Assembly: GCA_020536535.1 (NCBI GenBank)
Contig: JAHLWZ010000873.1
Location: 1-63,947 of the forward strand
Source: Pelomyxa schiedti
Lineage: Eukaryota > Protista > Evosea
Direction of reading: 5' to 3'
DNA: 63,947 nucleotides
Part shown: in pieces, positions 62,033 to 63,947 of the stretch
How the letters are laid out: each line of letters begins with the position of its first letter
Position numbering within the stretch: the first letter of the stretch is position 1
Made by a program: the position numbers and the translations under genes
Notes under the pieces: model-generated
The model's input: the letters and a program-made list of their open reading frames with translations, nothing else
Databases searched by the model: none
Told to the model about the DNA's origin: nothing

Positions 62033-63947
62033 ATTTTGTCCTTTCTGATGTTGACTCTTTGATAGACTCAAGAACCAATCCTATGTAGTGAAAGTAAAGA
62101 GTGACTGTAAGATATTTGGTCTTAAAGAGAGGGGAAAAACCATAATGTGAAACATTCAATTCCTAAGTATCTAGTAACTCCTCTCTTCCTTTCATGAATC
62201 TGATCTTCATACGGCTGTGTAGTTACCTCTAAATTAAAGAAAAAGAGGAGTGGTTAATTACACAGGCGCATGACCAATTTGAGGAGAAGATCCACAAACA
62301 CTTCGCTGAAAAGATCAAAGCAACTAACAACCTGCATCACTTTATATCTTTCAGCCTTGATGTATCCCTCCAATAAGTCTACATCCTTGCCAATCTTTGA
62401 TAGTTGAGGTATTAAATCGTGTCCCTATTGTCATGAAAGTCAGTTACATCGAGTATGTGAAGGAAAAAGCTTTGTAATTAAACAAACCTTAGTACAGTCC
62501 AAAATATTGATGGCAGTGTGTTTTTGGGGTAAGTATACAACCTCCGGCGTAAATTGATGACCTCGAAAATTGTCATCCATATAGTGGACTCGAAAAAGTA
62601 GTAACAATGCACCAGTTGAGGAAGTCCCACTGTCTTTCATGAGGGTGATGCTACACAAGGTTCACAGTTCTCCAGATGTAACTTTAGATGCGTAGTTGTG
62701 TTTTGGTAGAAGTAGGATGTGAAGCAGCTGTCTCTTTCGTTAATCCAAAAAACCCAAAACCTAGGTAAGGCAAGTTATTGTCAACTGACACTGAAGATGG
62801 AACTTTGCTGATTTGAAGTGATTGTACTGTGGTTGTTGATGACACCCTCTCCACCCTCTCTAAGTGAACTCGGTGACTGCAATGGCAGGTGTAATGCTGA
62901 GGGTGGCCTCAATGTAGCCACAAGTGGAGGAGGTGTTAAAGTTTGTATGGACGGGAAGGTCTGGGTGTAGAAGCCAAAGGGGAACCTCCACGATGGCGTT
63001 TGGTACTTTGTGATTGAGATGAAACTTGGGACCCTTTGTTGTTGAATTGCAAATAGTACCTGGTATTTGTTATTCGTCGAATAGTCCACACCTTTGACTG
63101 ACGTGTGGGGAAACACAAAGGAAATTCAGAGGCCAAAGGAATCGAAGGAACACAAGCGGGAAGACCGACTTTTCGCTGTCCAAGAGGGGCACCAGGCCCC
63201 TTAATGGCGGATCTGTCCGCATCAGCCCCCGTGAAGGCACCACTCCAGAAGTTTGTGTGAAATACAGCATCACAGTTTGTGTTCTTCCTCCTCCTTTCCT
63301 CGAATTTCTTTTTTATTTTTTTTTTCATCAGTGCTTCTTTCATTCGCTGCAAACATCATAACTCGAGAAATTGCAGCTTTTCGGTGTCTAAAGCAATCAC
63401 CGTCGGCCTGGTGGACCGGATAATGGGAAAAACTAAAAATAGAACGAGCTAAAATTTCTGCTACGTATCTTGTGCTATATCCCGGCAGAGTTTTTTTAGG
63501 AAAGACAAATTTCGGTAGGTCCTATGTGGGTAAATAAAAAAAACACCAGACCATTGTGTTTCTAAAGTTTAGGTTTTGTTGCTAATCACAACAGATTCGA
63601 TTAGATCGGTGTACATCGAATTCAAAGAATAAGAGGTGATCGAATCGATTACGGACGTAACAGCAACAACTCAGTGCGGACATGGAACGTTTTCACACAC
63701 AAGTGAAGGAGTGTCTTGCACAAAACATCAACCAAGGAATGCAATCTTTTTCGCTGCAGCAGGGTCTTCAACGTCGGAAGACGTTGCAGACACTAAACAG
63801 TGTTGTTCATTTGTTGGGTATGCTATAATTGATGGCCCCACTGTTGTGTGTCGTGTGTTGTATTTAGGTTACTGCTATGTCTACCCAAAACATACATCAT
63901 ACAAAAATACACACATTCAAATCGGCCCTGTGTGTGTGGTTGGATTT

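Overview
Gene-dense eukaryotic genomic DNA using the standard code, with many short (mostly ~40-60 nt) spliceosomal introns, so the raw ORF track splits most genes. I reconstructed about 27 protein-coding genes by hand-splicing. An epsilon-proteobacterial-type NifS, a chitin synthase, a STAT-like SH2 protein and the compact intron-rich layout point to an anaerobic amoebozoan (Archamoebae, Pelomyxa-like); this is inference only. In order: hypothetical gene; STAT-like SH2 protein; SUV39-type SET methyltransferase; B-box/RING/B-box/coiled-coil/RCC1 protein; Atg1/ULK-like kinase; RRM-RWD-CHY protein; V-ATPase c'' proteolipid; secreted glycoside-hydrolase-like WSC protein; two inverted histone H4 genes around a guanine deaminase; calmodulin; membrane-anchored Ras-like GTPase; TPR-SET-MYND protein; plant-type quinolinate synthase; RING protein; CUE protein (with an assembly gap); tail-anchored protein; RPL27A; Gfo/Idh/MocA oxidoreductase; PfkB kinase; Stealth phosphotransferase; NifS; MORC; BPI/TULIP-like protein; Acl4-like TPR protein; SR protein; SDR; chitin synthase; then a gene-poor tail with a long hairpin. 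Strongest leads: (1) a V-ATPase c'' subunit with a proton-carrying Glu motif in BOTH hairpins; (2) a kinase with no in-frame ATG that can be spliced in frame to the upstream RCC1 gene or may start at CUG; (3) a STAT-like protein lacking the tail tyrosine; (4) an O2-independent NAD pathway enzyme (NadA) alongside NifS; (5) a candidate poison exon in the SR gene; (6) a pre-miRNA-like hairpin. No rRNA, tRNA, CRISPR array or intact mobile element was recognised. Exon boundaries are manual and need RNA-seq confirmation.
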